IMG/VR virus record: IMGVR_UViG_3300006793_000013
DNA length: 64,000 nucleotides
DNA from: a virus
Strand: one strand, 5' to 3'
Shown: positions 55,995 through 64,000 of the stretch, one piece after another
Position numbering within the stretch: position 1 is the stretch's first letter
Layout: each line of letters begins with the position of its first letter
The notes under the pieces: model-generated
Seen by the model: the letters and a program-made list of their open reading frames with translations, nothing else
What the model was told of the DNA's origin: nothing
The model's database searches: none
Program-made: the position numbers and the translations under genes

Positions 55995-56558
55995 ATGACC
56001 ATAAAATTATACAGAGAAATAGTCATTGAAGCAGATACAGCTCGTGAAAACTTAGTGCAAGAAAAATTGCCCTATGAAAAGAATGAGCTGGAAGTAATGA
56101 GCAGCGACACACTTGATTATCATTATGGCAAACTTGCGTCAGCGTATGTTAAAAGATACAACGACAAAGACGGCGATGATGATTTCAATTATGGAGGCGC
56201 AAAGTTACATAATTTGTTTTTCCCTCAGTTACAACCTGTTTCTGTTGGTAATAAACCTACAGGGATATCTAAAGAACTTATTGATAGCAATTTTGGTTCT
56301 TTTGAAAACTTTAAAGAAGAGTTTTCAAAGGTGGCCATGGGCATTCAAGGTTCAGGTTGGTTGTATCTTGATACCAAAGGACGAATCAAAACAATTAAAA
56401 ATCACAGTTACAAGCGTGGTATGAAAATTGCATTGTTAGTTGATTGGTGGGAACATGCATGGGCTTTAGATTATCAAGCAGATAAATCAAAGTACCTTGC
56501 AAATATTTGGAAGATTATAAATTGGTCAGTAATCAATGACCGCATACAAGGAGAATAA
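55995..56558 (+). CDS. sod: Fe/Mn superoxide dismutase-like protein
   Basis: LPY..ELE, YHYGK, HNLFF, GSGW, DWWEHA; all four metal ligands present. Confidence 0.85.
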   Translation: MTIKLYREIVIEADTARENLVQEKLPYEKNELEVMSSDTLDYHYGKLASAYVKRYNDKDGDDDFNYGGAKLHNLFFPQLQPVSVGNKPTGISKELIDSNFGSFENFKEEFSKVAMGIQGSGWLYLDTKGRIKTIKNHSYKRGMKIALLVDWWEHAWALDYQADKSKYLANIWKIINWSVINDRIQGE

Positions 56559-56559
56559 T

Positions 56560-56730
56560 ATGAATCCTATTAATTGGGTAAAAGACAGACTAGAAGAAAG
56601 AACATCATGGGACGGTGCAGTTCTAATTGGTGTTGGAGTAGTTGTTTTAATCGCAGGACCTTTTGCGAAATTAGCAGCCTATGCAGCCATCGGGTATGGT
56701 ATTTGGACACTATGGAAAAAGCAGGACTAG
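56560..56730 (+). CDS. small membrane protein
   Basis: Two hydrophobic segments; AGGAG SD. Confidence 0.6.
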   Translation: MNPINWVKDRLEERTSWDGAVLIGVGVVVLIAGPFAKLAAYAAIGYGIWTLWKKQD

Positions 56731-57044
56731 TTAAACTAACTCAATCAGCGGTCGATCATATGACCAAGCTGATAGATGAACAAGGTAAACCCATCGTCAG
56801 ACTCAGTGTCAAAGGCGGTGGGTGTGCCGGTTTCGGTTATGAGTGGGCCATGACTGAAGAATTAGAAGAAAAAGATGAAATAATTGACCTACCAAACGGC
56901 CAATTCGCTATAGATCAATTTAGTATAATGTATGTTGCAGGTACTGAGATTGATTTTATTAAGGAAGTATTTGGTTCTCAACTTGTAATTAAAAACCCTA
57001 ACGCAACATCAAGCTGCGGTTGCGGCGAGAGCTTCTCGGCTTAA
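56712..57044 (+). CDS. iscA: A-type Fe-S carrier (IscA/HesB/ErpA)
   Basis: GGGCAGFGY, GTEIDF, NPNATSSCGCGESF; start uncertain. Confidence 0.92.
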   Translation: MEKAGLVKLTQSAVDHMTKLIDEQGKPIVRLSVKGGGCAGFGYEWAMTEELEEKDEIIDLPNGQFAIDQFSIMYVAGTEIDFIKEVFGSQLVIKNPNATSSCGCGESFSA

Positions 57045-58058
57045 ATCATATTCGTATAAAGCCTTACTAGCAAGATTCTTTGCCTTGCTTTCACACATAA
57101 TATCTGCCGAGTCACGGAAGGACAAAGCCCAGTCATTAACTGTATTGTTAGGATAGTAATCACTGTGGGCTCTAAGTTTTTGCTTTTTGTAGCCTGCCTC
57201 TAGTAACTGTTCCATATTAGGCATTGTGTCGTGTGCAAAGTCTTGCGGTAACCATTCGTCTCGACTGTATGAATAATGTATCACAGGTCGTACACCACGC
57301 CACGAATCTATCATGCGTAGATATCTATCGTCGGTGGGACGTATATATTCGCCTGTACGGACCCAGTGATGGTGTATGTCCAATACCAATGCGCATGTGT
57401 CAACAAGTTCGAGGCTTGCGTCGATGCCCCATGACATCTCATCGTTCTCGATCGTAATGCAATTTCTCGCTTCTGGAGAAAGTCTCTTGTCAACTGCGTG
57501 TTTGATACCGGCTGGACCTTGGCGACCGGATATGTGGACATTGCACTTGAAGTCCTGGAAGGACTTCCCGTATCCCATCCACCTGATGACATCGGTGTGA
57601 TATTCAAATTCTTCTATGCTCCTCTCTACAATTTCGGGGTTGTCGCTCGCAAGTACAGTAAATTGGCCTGGGTGCATCGATAGTCGGACATCGAGGGCTC
57701 TTGCTCTCTCACCGATCGGTGCAAAGTGTGTTTCGCAGTATTTGCGGACATCCGGCTTACGCCAAAAATAGCCCCAAGTAGGCTCAGTATAAACAGGAAG
57801 TACATCACTACCCAGTCGTACCATTCGCAATTCATCGGGCAAACTCCCTACGTACTCTATCAGATTAGCGTAGCTCTGTATGTTGTGAACCATAATGTCC
57901 CACAAGCGTTGTTCGGCATCACCACGTGTCTGCCTGTTGAGCCACTGCACTGTTGTACTGCGTGTATTTAGTGGTCGTTGAATTTCTTCTAGCAGTTTTT
58001 TCTTCTGCGTTTGATCGTGCCACATGTATTTGCAGGCAAAGCCTATTCTCTTATTCAT
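57009..58058 (-). CDS. uvsE: UV damage endonuclease
   Basis: RIGFACK, RLGSDVLP, RLSMHPGQF, NVHISG, IENDE, LVLDIHH, PVIHYS, MCESKAK. Confidence 0.92.
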   Translation of the reverse strand: MNKRIGFACKYMWHDQTQKKKLLEEIQRPLNTRSTTVQWLNRQTRGDAEQRLWDIMVHNIQSYANLIEYVGSLPDELRMVRLGSDVLPVYTEPTWGYFWRKPDVRKYCETHFAPIGERARALDVRLSMHPGQFTVLASDNPEIVERSIEEFEYHTDVIRWMGYGKSFQDFKCNVHISGRQGPAGIKHAVDKRLSPEARNCITIENDEMSWGIDASLELVDTCALVLDIHHHWVRTGEYIRPTDDRYLRMIDSWRGVRPVIHYSYSRDEWLPQDFAHDTMPNMEQLLEAGYKKQKLRAHSDYYPNNTVNDWALSFRDSADIMCESKAKNLASKALYEYDLSREALAATAA

Positions 58059-58060
58059 AC

Positions 58061-58798
58061 TTATAGTATACTATCTTCTAAGTTGTAAGTCAATCGAGGA
58101 TCTCTCAATATTCTAAATGTTTCTTTCCAATCGTTAACATGATAAATCTTTGAACGTTTGAAGTTTTGTTTTAGTGCTTCTGCAATAGGAAAGTCATTTC
58201 CTGCAGGATCACAACGATCACCAAAGAACAATATACTATCGTCTTTATCAAAGTCTGAAAGTATTTGACTTTTGTCTGACCCATGAGGTGCAATGTCTAA
58301 ACCTGTTTCTCCGCCTACTGTTGCTTTCATATAAGGGAATTCTTTGTTGAATAAGTCAGCAATTATGTTACGCTCGTTATGTTTGGTATCATACTTTGCA
58401 TATAACTTACGTTCGCCCATTGTAGCATTGCGACCTACAACACTGAAGTTAATCATGCCAGGACGTTCTTCAATGTGTAGTCCTGTTCTAAGTGGGAATT
58501 CACTTTCTTCTAGTTTATCTAATAAGAAAGTTTTTGCTGAATGAGGAAGTTTCCAATCGCTTCGCCTAACGTTTTTAGATGATTCATATACGTCAGCACC
58601 ACTACAATTATAAGCACGTCTAGCCAAGCCGTAAATAACATTACCTACTTGTTCAACAGTTTTGTCTTTGTCACTGCCTGTAACAAGGTAAACTTTGTTT
58701 TCTGTGCAAAAGTCAAAGAAGAATTTTGAGAACTCTTCGTCCATCTTTTGACGACTTGGCGTCAATGTACCGTCTACATCAAATATAAACTTTAGCAA
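58061..58798 (-). CDS. HAD-superfamily phosphomannomutase (eukaryote-type PMM-like)
   Basis: FDVDGTLTPSR, LVTGSD, IEER.GMINFS..GR, DKS, FFGD..GND. Confidence 0.85.
   Translation of the reverse strand: MLKFIFDVDGTLTPSRQKMDEEFSKFFFDFCTENKVYLVTGSDKDKTVEQVGNVIYGLARRAYNCSGADVYESSKNVRRSDWKLPHSAKTFLLDKLEESEFPLRTGLHIEERPGMINFSVVGRNATMGERKLYAKYDTKHNERNIIADLFNKEFPYMKATVGGETGLDIAPHGSDKSQILSDFDKDDSILFFGDRCDPAGNDFPIAEALKQNFKRSKIYHVNDWKETFRILRDPRLTYNLEDSIL
58065..58093 (-). promoter_or_regulatory. sigma70-type promoter, leaderless for uvsE
   Basis: TTGACT-17-TATACT-ATAAGT-ATG(58058). Confidence 0.7.
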
Positions 58799-58801
58799 TG
58801 A

Positions 58802-58942
58802 TTATTCCTCCAACGGAATGTCAGTATAAAATCGGTTATACTGTTCCCAGAACATGTATTCGTCATACACTTGAGAACCATAAACAATTGCTAACTCTAG
58901 CAAAACAATTATGGCTAGTACTTTTAGTATTACGTTAAGCAT
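58802..58942 (-). CDS. small membrane protein (46 aa, not in ORF track)
   Basis: MLNVILKVLAIIVLLELAIVYGSQVYDEYMFWEQYNRFYTDIPLEE; AGGA SD. Confidence 0.5.
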   Translation of the reverse strand: MLNVILKVLAIIVLLELAIVYGSQVYDEYMFWEQYNRFYTDIPLEE

Positions 58943-58954
58943 ATTTTCCTTTCT

Positions 58955-59779
58955 CTAAATTTTAGCATTAGGATTTTTTTTACGAAAACGATCAAACAGT
59001 TGTTTAATACGTTTTACCTTTGCAACAACATTGTCTGTGTTTGCAAACTTATGATGATTAGCATATGTAAATGCATCTTCAATATCTTTTTCGAGATCAC
59101 CTGCTTCGTCAATAATAATCTCATGATCGTGTAGCATACTTCTACTAATAGGTACAAACTGTGCAAGTGGAGTACCTGATTTAACTAATGTTTTACCTTC
59201 TAGTATATGCCAAAATAATTGAATTGGAATGGCATGCATGTACATAGGATCAACTATGCCATATGCAGCCGTAAATCTTGTTTCGTTGTTATAGGACACT
59301 GGCATTTGTAACAGCAACATATCTTCACTTGCTTTTACACGCCAAGGTGTTTCAACTTTAACTGCTGAATTTAAGTAAGGCTTGTTTGTGTTATCAGTGT
59401 CATGAGGAATAAGTGGCTCAGTTTGCCAAGGTGCATGCCAGTTGATATAATATTCCCAACCTTTTATATTGTAATTTCCTGTGCTAGGTTTTACAAACTG
59501 AAAAGGAACTTCCCAACCAATGCCACCGTCTACATTAGGACCTGTAGCAATTGTAAAATCTGCAGGAGCTCTCATAATATATCCTGACTTCATAAGCGGC
59601 TTAATGCCAGGACAGTTTTTAGAAAGTTGATTGCCGCTTTCAGGTCTTACTCTACGTGTTCCAACATCGTTGAAATCACGTTCTGCCTTACCAGCAGGCT
59701 CAATAGGATACAATTCTGCTACATTAGGATCTAATGAGTAGAAACGTAACCAAGATTTTTTCTTTCTAAAACTAAACAT
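58955..59779 (-). CDS. hypothetical protein
   Basis: 274 aa; CPGI....SGYIMRAPADF pattern. Confidence 0.6.
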   Translation of the reverse strand: MFSFRKKKSWLRFYSLDPNVAELYPIEPAGKAERDFNDVGTRRVRPESGNQLSKNCPGIKPLMKSGYIMRAPADFTIATGPNVDGGIGWEVPFQFVKPSTGNYNIKGWEYYINWHAPWQTEPLIPHDTDNTNKPYLNSAVKVETPWRVKASEDMLLLQMPVSYNNETRFTAAYGIVDPMYMHAIPIQLFWHILEGKTLVKSGTPLAQFVPISRSMLHDHEIIIDEAGDLEKDIEDAFTYANHHKFANTDNVVAKVKRIKQLFDRFRKKNPNAKI

Positions 59780-59785
59780 ACTTAC

Positions 59786-59814
59786 AGTATACAGTCATTA
59801 TTTCCAGTTGTCAA
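59786..59814 (-). promoter_or_regulatory. sigma70-type promoter, leaderless
   Basis: TTGACA-17-TATACT-GTAAGT-ATG(59779). Confidence 0.7.
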
Positions 59815-60613
59815 TGATTAACTTATCTTTTACTTGTCCAGGATTTGGATCACCATGAAAAACCATAATAGAATTTTCTTTTGGAGGAACTACGTCATCT
59901 CTAACAGTTTTAAACTGTCTTTGTCCGTCTTTCATATGAAGCTCACTCTTATCTCGTATTTCCCATTTATAACTCATAACCCATTCTTCAGGCCAAAACT
60001 TAAGAACTTCTCTGCAATTTTGCCAAATCCAATCTTGATCACCATGAAGTCTTTGTGCTTGTGCTGGATTAGCCATAAAGTTTTGGTAAACATGAGATTG
60101 TGTTCTAGCATTCCAAGCCATAACAGAACTGTTTAGATACTTGTAGTTTGGATGGAACTTTCTATTAAAATCTCTAATGCCCATAAAGTCATCTAACCAA
60201 ACATTGCACAGTTTATCAATATTGTTATGAATAACAACATCTAAATCCATATATAATATTCTACCTTCTAAAGGAAGACTAGGATCAAACATATGAACTT
60301 TGTGCCACCAACCTCTTTGGTAACCTTTATTAGGTATAACAATATTGTTTACACCCTCTAGTGGCTTAGGATCATCTGTTAAACAGTTAAAACGATATGG
60401 CACAGTAATATGTCTTGCAACCATATCACGTAACTTTATAACATATTCATTTCCGTATTTGTTGCCAAAGCGTACACAAAGAATTTGTGTAACAGGACCA
60501 TGCTGATTGTTCTCTCTAAGAGCTTGACTCTTACGAAGTTCTTTTTCTAAACGCCTAGCTCTCTTTTGTGCTTTACGTTCTTCTTTTGTGAAGTTGTGAT
60601 TTTCTAATGCCAT
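59798..60613 (-). CDS. GT-A (GT8-like) glycosyltransferase
   Basis: GWWHKV, ILYMDLDVVI DxD, NSSVMAW, GDQDWI, VFHGDPNP. Confidence 0.7.
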   Translation of the reverse strand: MALENHNFTKEERKAQKRARRLEKELRKSQALRENNQHGPVTQILCVRFGNKYGNEYVIKLRDMVARHITVPYRFNCLTDDPKPLEGVNNIVIPNKGYQRGWWHKVHMFDPSLPLEGRILYMDLDVVIHNNIDKLCNVWLDDFMGIRDFNRKFHPNYKYLNSSVMAWNARTQSHVYQNFMANPAQAQRLHGDQDWIWQNCREVLKFWPEEWVMSYKWEIRDKSELHMKDGQRQFKTVRDDVVPPKENSIMVFHGDPNPGQVKDKLIIDNWK

Positions 60614-60619
60614 TCATTG

Positions 60620-61387
60620 CTACTCGGCATGACGAACTATGCTGTCAACGACAGATTCAAAGTCATGTAAATGAAGTGCATTTGGACCATCGCTTGGTGC
60701 GTTATCTGGATCAGTATGTACTTCTAAAAAGAAATTTCTAATACCCAAAGCACTACCTGCCCTACATAAGCCAGGAACGTAATCCCTATTGCCGCCGCTA
60801 CTACTTCCATTACCACCTGGTTTCTGTACTGCGTGGGTGGCGTCAAGCACAATAGGAGTGCTGTAATTATTAAGCATATAGTCCAAGCCGGTAAAGTCAA
60901 CAACAAGTGTATTGTATCCAAAACTTGTTCCCCTTTCTGTTATCCATACTTCTTTGGCACCTTCTGTTTTTGTTAAAATGCTTTCAACATCCCAGGGTGC
61001 AAGGAACTGACCTTTCTTAATATTAACAATCTTATCTGTAGCACAAGCAGCCTTTACTAAATCTGTTTGTCTACATAAGAACGCAGGAATTTGTAATGCA
61101 TCAACTACATCATTATATGCTTCAGTAATGTAATCAATTTGTTCTACAGTGTGTACATCAGTAATTGTGTTTACACCGAACTGTTCTTTAATTGCTTCAA
61201 AGTCAGTAAGTGTTGCATCCATACCAACACCACGTATTCCTTTGATGCTAGATCTATTTGCTTTATCAAAACTGGCTTTGAAATAATATTCAATGCCGTG
61301 TTTGTCGCAAACACGTTTACACTCTTTTGCAATCATTGCACTGTCAGTCAGTGTTTCATGCTGACATGGTCCTGCGATTATTCTCAT
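60620..61387 (-). CDS. kdsA: KDO8P synthase
   Basis: IAGPCQHE, KASFDKANRSS, QIPAFLCRQTDL, KKGQF, ERG, DATHAVQ, FLEVH..P..A.SDG. Confidence 0.95.
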   Translation of the reverse strand: MRIIAGPCQHETLTDSAMIAKECKRVCDKHGIEYYFKASFDKANRSSIKGIRGVGMDATLTDFEAIKEQFGVNTITDVHTVEQIDYITEAYNDVVDALQIPAFLCRQTDLVKAACATDKIVNIKKGQFLAPWDVESILTKTEGAKEVWITERGTSFGYNTLVVDFTGLDYMLNNYSTPIVLDATHAVQKPGGNGSSSGGNRDYVPGLCRAGSALGIRNFFLEVHTDPDNAPSDGPNALHLHDFESVVDSIVRHAE

Positions 61388-61393
61388 AATTTA

Positions 61394-61843
61394 CTATCCT
61401 TCGTAGATTGCTGAATTGGCACCATGCTCTGAACATTCAACACTTACACAATAACAACGATGATTTGTTTTTTCTCTAATTAAATCGTTCGCAAAGTTAA
61501 ATGCATGTTCCGCAAATTTTTCTGCACCAACACCATCGAATTGTCTAATCTCTGCAAGTCCTAATGTTTCTAAACGTAGCAGTTCATCTTTCATTGGATC
61601 TATTTTATCAATACAAGTTTTGTGATCAAAACTATCTTCAAGCCAAGCCTTCAGCGGTTTAAGTCCACCAAAGTCAACTGCCCAATTTTTATTATCTAGA
61701 TCATTACATCCAAAAGTAAATTTAAATGCTAAACTATAACCGTGTAGCAAATGACAATGTGAATGATCTGCGTTCGGCTGCCTAAACACCGCACTAAGGC
61801 CAATGTTATGACCATAAGTTTTTGTACTAAAGTATTTTCCCAT
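61394..61843 (-). CDS. queD: 6-carboxy-5,6,7,8-tetrahydropterin synthase
   Basis: CHLLHGY (CxxxHGH variant), VDFGGLK, FDHK, E.GANSA. Confidence 0.8.
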   Translation of the reverse strand: MGKYFSTKTYGHNIGLSAVFRQPNADHSHCHLLHGYSLAFKFTFGCNDLDNKNWAVDFGGLKPLKAWLEDSFDHKTCIDKIDPMKDELLRLETLGLAEIRQFDGVGAEKFAEHAFNFANDLIREKTNHRCYCVSVECSEHGANSAIYEG

Positions 61844-61914
61844 ATTTTTATCTCCTATATATGAGCGGCAGAATTAGAAGGGTTGACGCTAAGACCTTGT
61901 TAAACATATTAGTA

Positions 61915-61942
61915 ATTATACACTAATTAGATTGTTTGTCAA
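61915..61942 (-). promoter_or_regulatory. sigma70-type promoter for queD-kdsA operon
   Basis: TTGACA-16-TATAAT, leader about 65 nt, AGGAG SD. Confidence 0.65.
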
Positions 61943-62550
61943 GATATTGATTTATAAAATTGTTCAAAATGAACATTAGGCTTTTGCCAAATAGGCGGGA
62001 AGTCCCATTCATGCATATTTTTTATTGTAAATTTTTTGTGAGGATGATTTTTAAACACTTCGCCAATTTGTATTTTCCAGAAACTAGGATCAATTGGATG
62101 TGTGTCAGCATCAGCATAGTTGTTTGTACCTTTATACAAATTATTAACTTTATGATTGTTGCCGTAAAGATCAAACCCTAGCAGTGTAATATTATCTGAT
62201 TCAAGAGTTGCTGCAAGTAAAACAGCATACGGACCACTTCCCCAATTGATTGGTTGATTGTGTTTTTGTTCGTCTTTAGGTGTTATGTAAGGAACAGAAT
62301 TTATTCTTTTATCTTTTCGAATTTTACGAAAGTATTGATAGTTTTCACCTCGAACATATATCTTAGTGTTCTTTGTGTTCTCTCCATCGACTGCTTCAAG
62401 TACCATGCGCCTATCGCAACACACAAGATGATCAACAGCCATATCTCTATGTACTGCGTTGCAGCCTACTATTTCGTAATTTGGGTAAATGCGGGCGATA
62501 TCTAGCCCTTTGCGACTTTCTCCGTTACCTAAAACTAAAGTCCCGGACAC
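61939..62550 (-). CDS. hypothetical protein (glycosylation-associated, DUF115-like?)
   Basis: LVLGNGESR, GCNA, LLGFDL pattern. Confidence 0.45.
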   Translation of the reverse strand: MSGTLVLGNGESRKGLDIARIYPNYEIVGCNAVHRDMAVDHLVCCDRRMVLEAVDGENTKNTKIYVRGENYQYFRKIRKDKRINSVPYITPKDEQKHNQPINWGSGPYAVLLAATLESDNITLLGFDLYGNNHKVNNLYKGTNNYADADTHPIDPSFWKIQIGEVFKNHPHKKFTIKNMHEWDFPPIWQKPNVHFEQFYKSIS

Positions 62551-62556
62551 TCCGTG

Positions 62557-63372
62557 TTACCTGATTTCTCCAAACGGTGCCCATATGCCAGGGTTACCTG
62601 CTTGGATACAAACCCAACCAATGTATGACTTCTGTCTTGCTCTTGAGTTCCAGCAAATATCACCTTGATTGAAGTTACCACCTTGTGGTGCTTCAACGCC
62701 ATTGATATGAAGTGCATTGTTGAATTTAATTGCGCCCCTAACATGCAAGTCAACTGTGCTGTCTGGGTTGGAAACTCCTACTGCTAGTTTGCCTCCAACA
62801 AAGCCGTCTTTAGCAATGCGTACATCACCACCAGCTTCTACAGTTATTCTAACTTGATTGTCTGTTTTTACGTCTAATTGATGACTACCAAATGTGCCAA
62901 CAAATCCTTTTGTTGACTCATCTGTACCCATAATAATTTCTACACCATCTTCTGCTATACCTACAGCAGCATTTGGTTGTTCAGTACCAATACCTAATCT
63001 ATCTGTACCTGAGTCAAAGTAAATGTATTGATTGATTGAAATATCGCCGTCTACTACTAAGCCTCTTAATCTACCAACTGATTTTAAATTACTGTTTACT
63101 ACACTAGTTCCTAGTGTGTCTAGTGATAGTACTTCTAAATTGTTTACTTTAATTGCTTTATTTTTTGCAAGGTCAATATTCTCTGTTGAAAAGATACTCT
63201 TTGTATCTTCCATATAAGATAATTGTTTAGTGTAGTCTTTACCCGCCCAGAAAAGACCTTTACCGTTGATATCGGTAGTGAATTTAATTGACTGATTTGA
63301 TGCCCATCCACCGTCTGATGTTAAAGCTGATTCTAGCTCAGTTAGGGCTTGATTAAGTCTCGTATTGTCCAT
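62557..63372 (-). CDS. putative tail-fibre-like structural protein
   Basis: RLGIGTEQPNA and KLAVGVSNP beta-roll motifs. Confidence 0.55.
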   Translation of the reverse strand: MDNTRLNQALTELESALTSDGGWASNQSIKFTTDINGKGLFWAGKDYTKQLSYMEDTKSIFSTENIDLAKNKAIKVNNLEVLSLDTLGTSVVNSNLKSVGRLRGLVVDGDISINQYIYFDSGTDRLGIGTEQPNAAVGIAEDGVEIIMGTDESTKGFVGTFGSHQLDVKTDNQVRITVEAGGDVRIAKDGFVGGKLAVGVSNPDSTVDLHVRGAIKFNNALHINGVEAPQGGNFNQGDICWNSRARQKSYIGWVCIQAGNPGIWAPFGEIR

Positions 63373-63377
63373 ATTAG

Positions 63378-63383
63378 TATTTA
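63378..63383 (-). promoter_or_regulatory. putative late promoter, leaderless
   Basis: TAAATA-CTAAT-ATG(63372). Confidence 0.55.
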
Positions 63384-63405
63384 TCCTTTATACAGAAAAG
63401 CCGGT

Positions 63406-63999
63406 TTATTGTACTTTCAGCAAGATTATATCATTATTTATCCGACCGTTGAGCTTTATGTCCACTGCTTTAATGTCATCTAGGAATGATCTCAACTTGA
63501 CTTTACCACTATCTTTGAACTGTTTTAGTTGTTCTTCTGGTTTACGTAGTGTCTTCTGTATACTTTCAGATTCTTTAAATCCTGTAATAGTTGTACCTTT
63601 TACACTAAGTCCACTGCCCTCACGCTGTAGTCCTTGTGGGTCTTGTATTTCTGCTATGTATTTCCCTATCTTACGTGTTTTACAGTTAAACACCCATAGC
63701 TCATTGCACTTGATAATATCCTCTGGATTAATACTAGCAAGTTGATATTTGTCATCTGATTTTTTGTACTTCAGTTTTGCTACCAGTTTGTCTGCACTGT
63801 ACACTTTACGTTTACGTGGTTTACGTTTTGCTTTACTTGAATCAATAACAACCTGACAACCACCATATATTCTTTCTAGTGCTGTTAGTAAGTTCTTAAG
63901 TTCTTTTTTGTTCGAGAACTCATATGCTTCTTGTAATTGTTTTGCATAGTCAATTTCAAGTTCAGTTGCAGTTTTCTTTAACTTGGGTGGATTAAGTAC
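63406..63999 (-). CDS. 5'-truncated hypothetical protein
   Basis: Frame stays open from the window edge (VLNPPKLKK...KRKPRKRKVYSADKL...). Confidence 0.65.
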   Translation of the reverse strand, partial: VLNPPKLKKTATELEIDYAKQLQEAYEFSNKKELKNLLTALERIYGGCQVVIDSSKAKRKPRKRKVYSADKLVAKLKYKKSDDKYQLASINPEDIIKCNELWVFNCKTRKIGKYIAEIQDPQGLQREGSGLSVKGTTITGFKESESIQKTLRKPEEQLKQFKDSGKVKLRSFLDDIKAVDIKLNGRINNDIILLKVQ

Positions 64000-64000
64000 T

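Noticed and set aside
61870-61900. Canonical preQ1-I riboswitch
   Set aside because: A-rich L3 linker is missing, so it is not listed as a feature; kept as a low-interest finding
1-64000. tRNA, rRNA or tmRNA genes
   Set aside because: Intergenic gaps are short and I saw no cloverleaf or T-loop signature; a tRNAscan/Aragorn run would settle it
1-64000. Stop-codon reassignment as in some jumbo phages
   Set aside because: Recognisable genes are full length under code 11 and TAA, TAG and TGA all end genes
1-64000. Integrase, transposase, homing endonuclease or self-splicing intron
   Set aside because: No such motifs seen; polB, clpA and phoH are uninterrupted

Overview
AT-rich (roughly 35% GC by eye), gene-dense segment of a large lytic T4-superfamily myophage genome, mostly minus-strand. 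Gene content resembles RaK2/GAP32/Atu_ph07-type jumbo phages; this is recalled similarity, not a search. Spanins, KdsA, IscU/IscA and an FdxA-type ferredoxin point to a Gram-negative, probably aquatic proteobacterial host. Contents: (i) replication genes (family B DNA polymerase, clamp, clamp loader, RNase H-like flap nuclease, a truncated DnaE fragment); (ii) a 7-deazaguanine DNA-modification locus (FolE, QueD, QueE, a DpdL-like T-fold protein, a DpdA/TGT-fold protein, no QueC in the window) with an embedded GT-B glycosyltransferase; (iii) K/E-rich candidate head-internal proteins, one with an apparent -1 frameshift (A_AAA_AAG) into a Cys-rich tail; (iv) ClpA-deformylase-DnaJ; (v) a lysis cassette containing an acyl-carrier-protein homologue with Asp in place of the phosphopantetheine Ser; (vi) baseplate/fibre genes; (vii) auxiliary genes (PhoH, MazG, GroES, SOD, Fe-S assembly, UvsE, halogenase, sugar enzymes). 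Near-consensus sigma70 promoters and a TAAATA late-promoter motif recur, often placed so the transcript would begin at the ATG. No tRNA, rRNA, CRISPR array or IS element was recognised. All functional calls come from motif recognition by eye.
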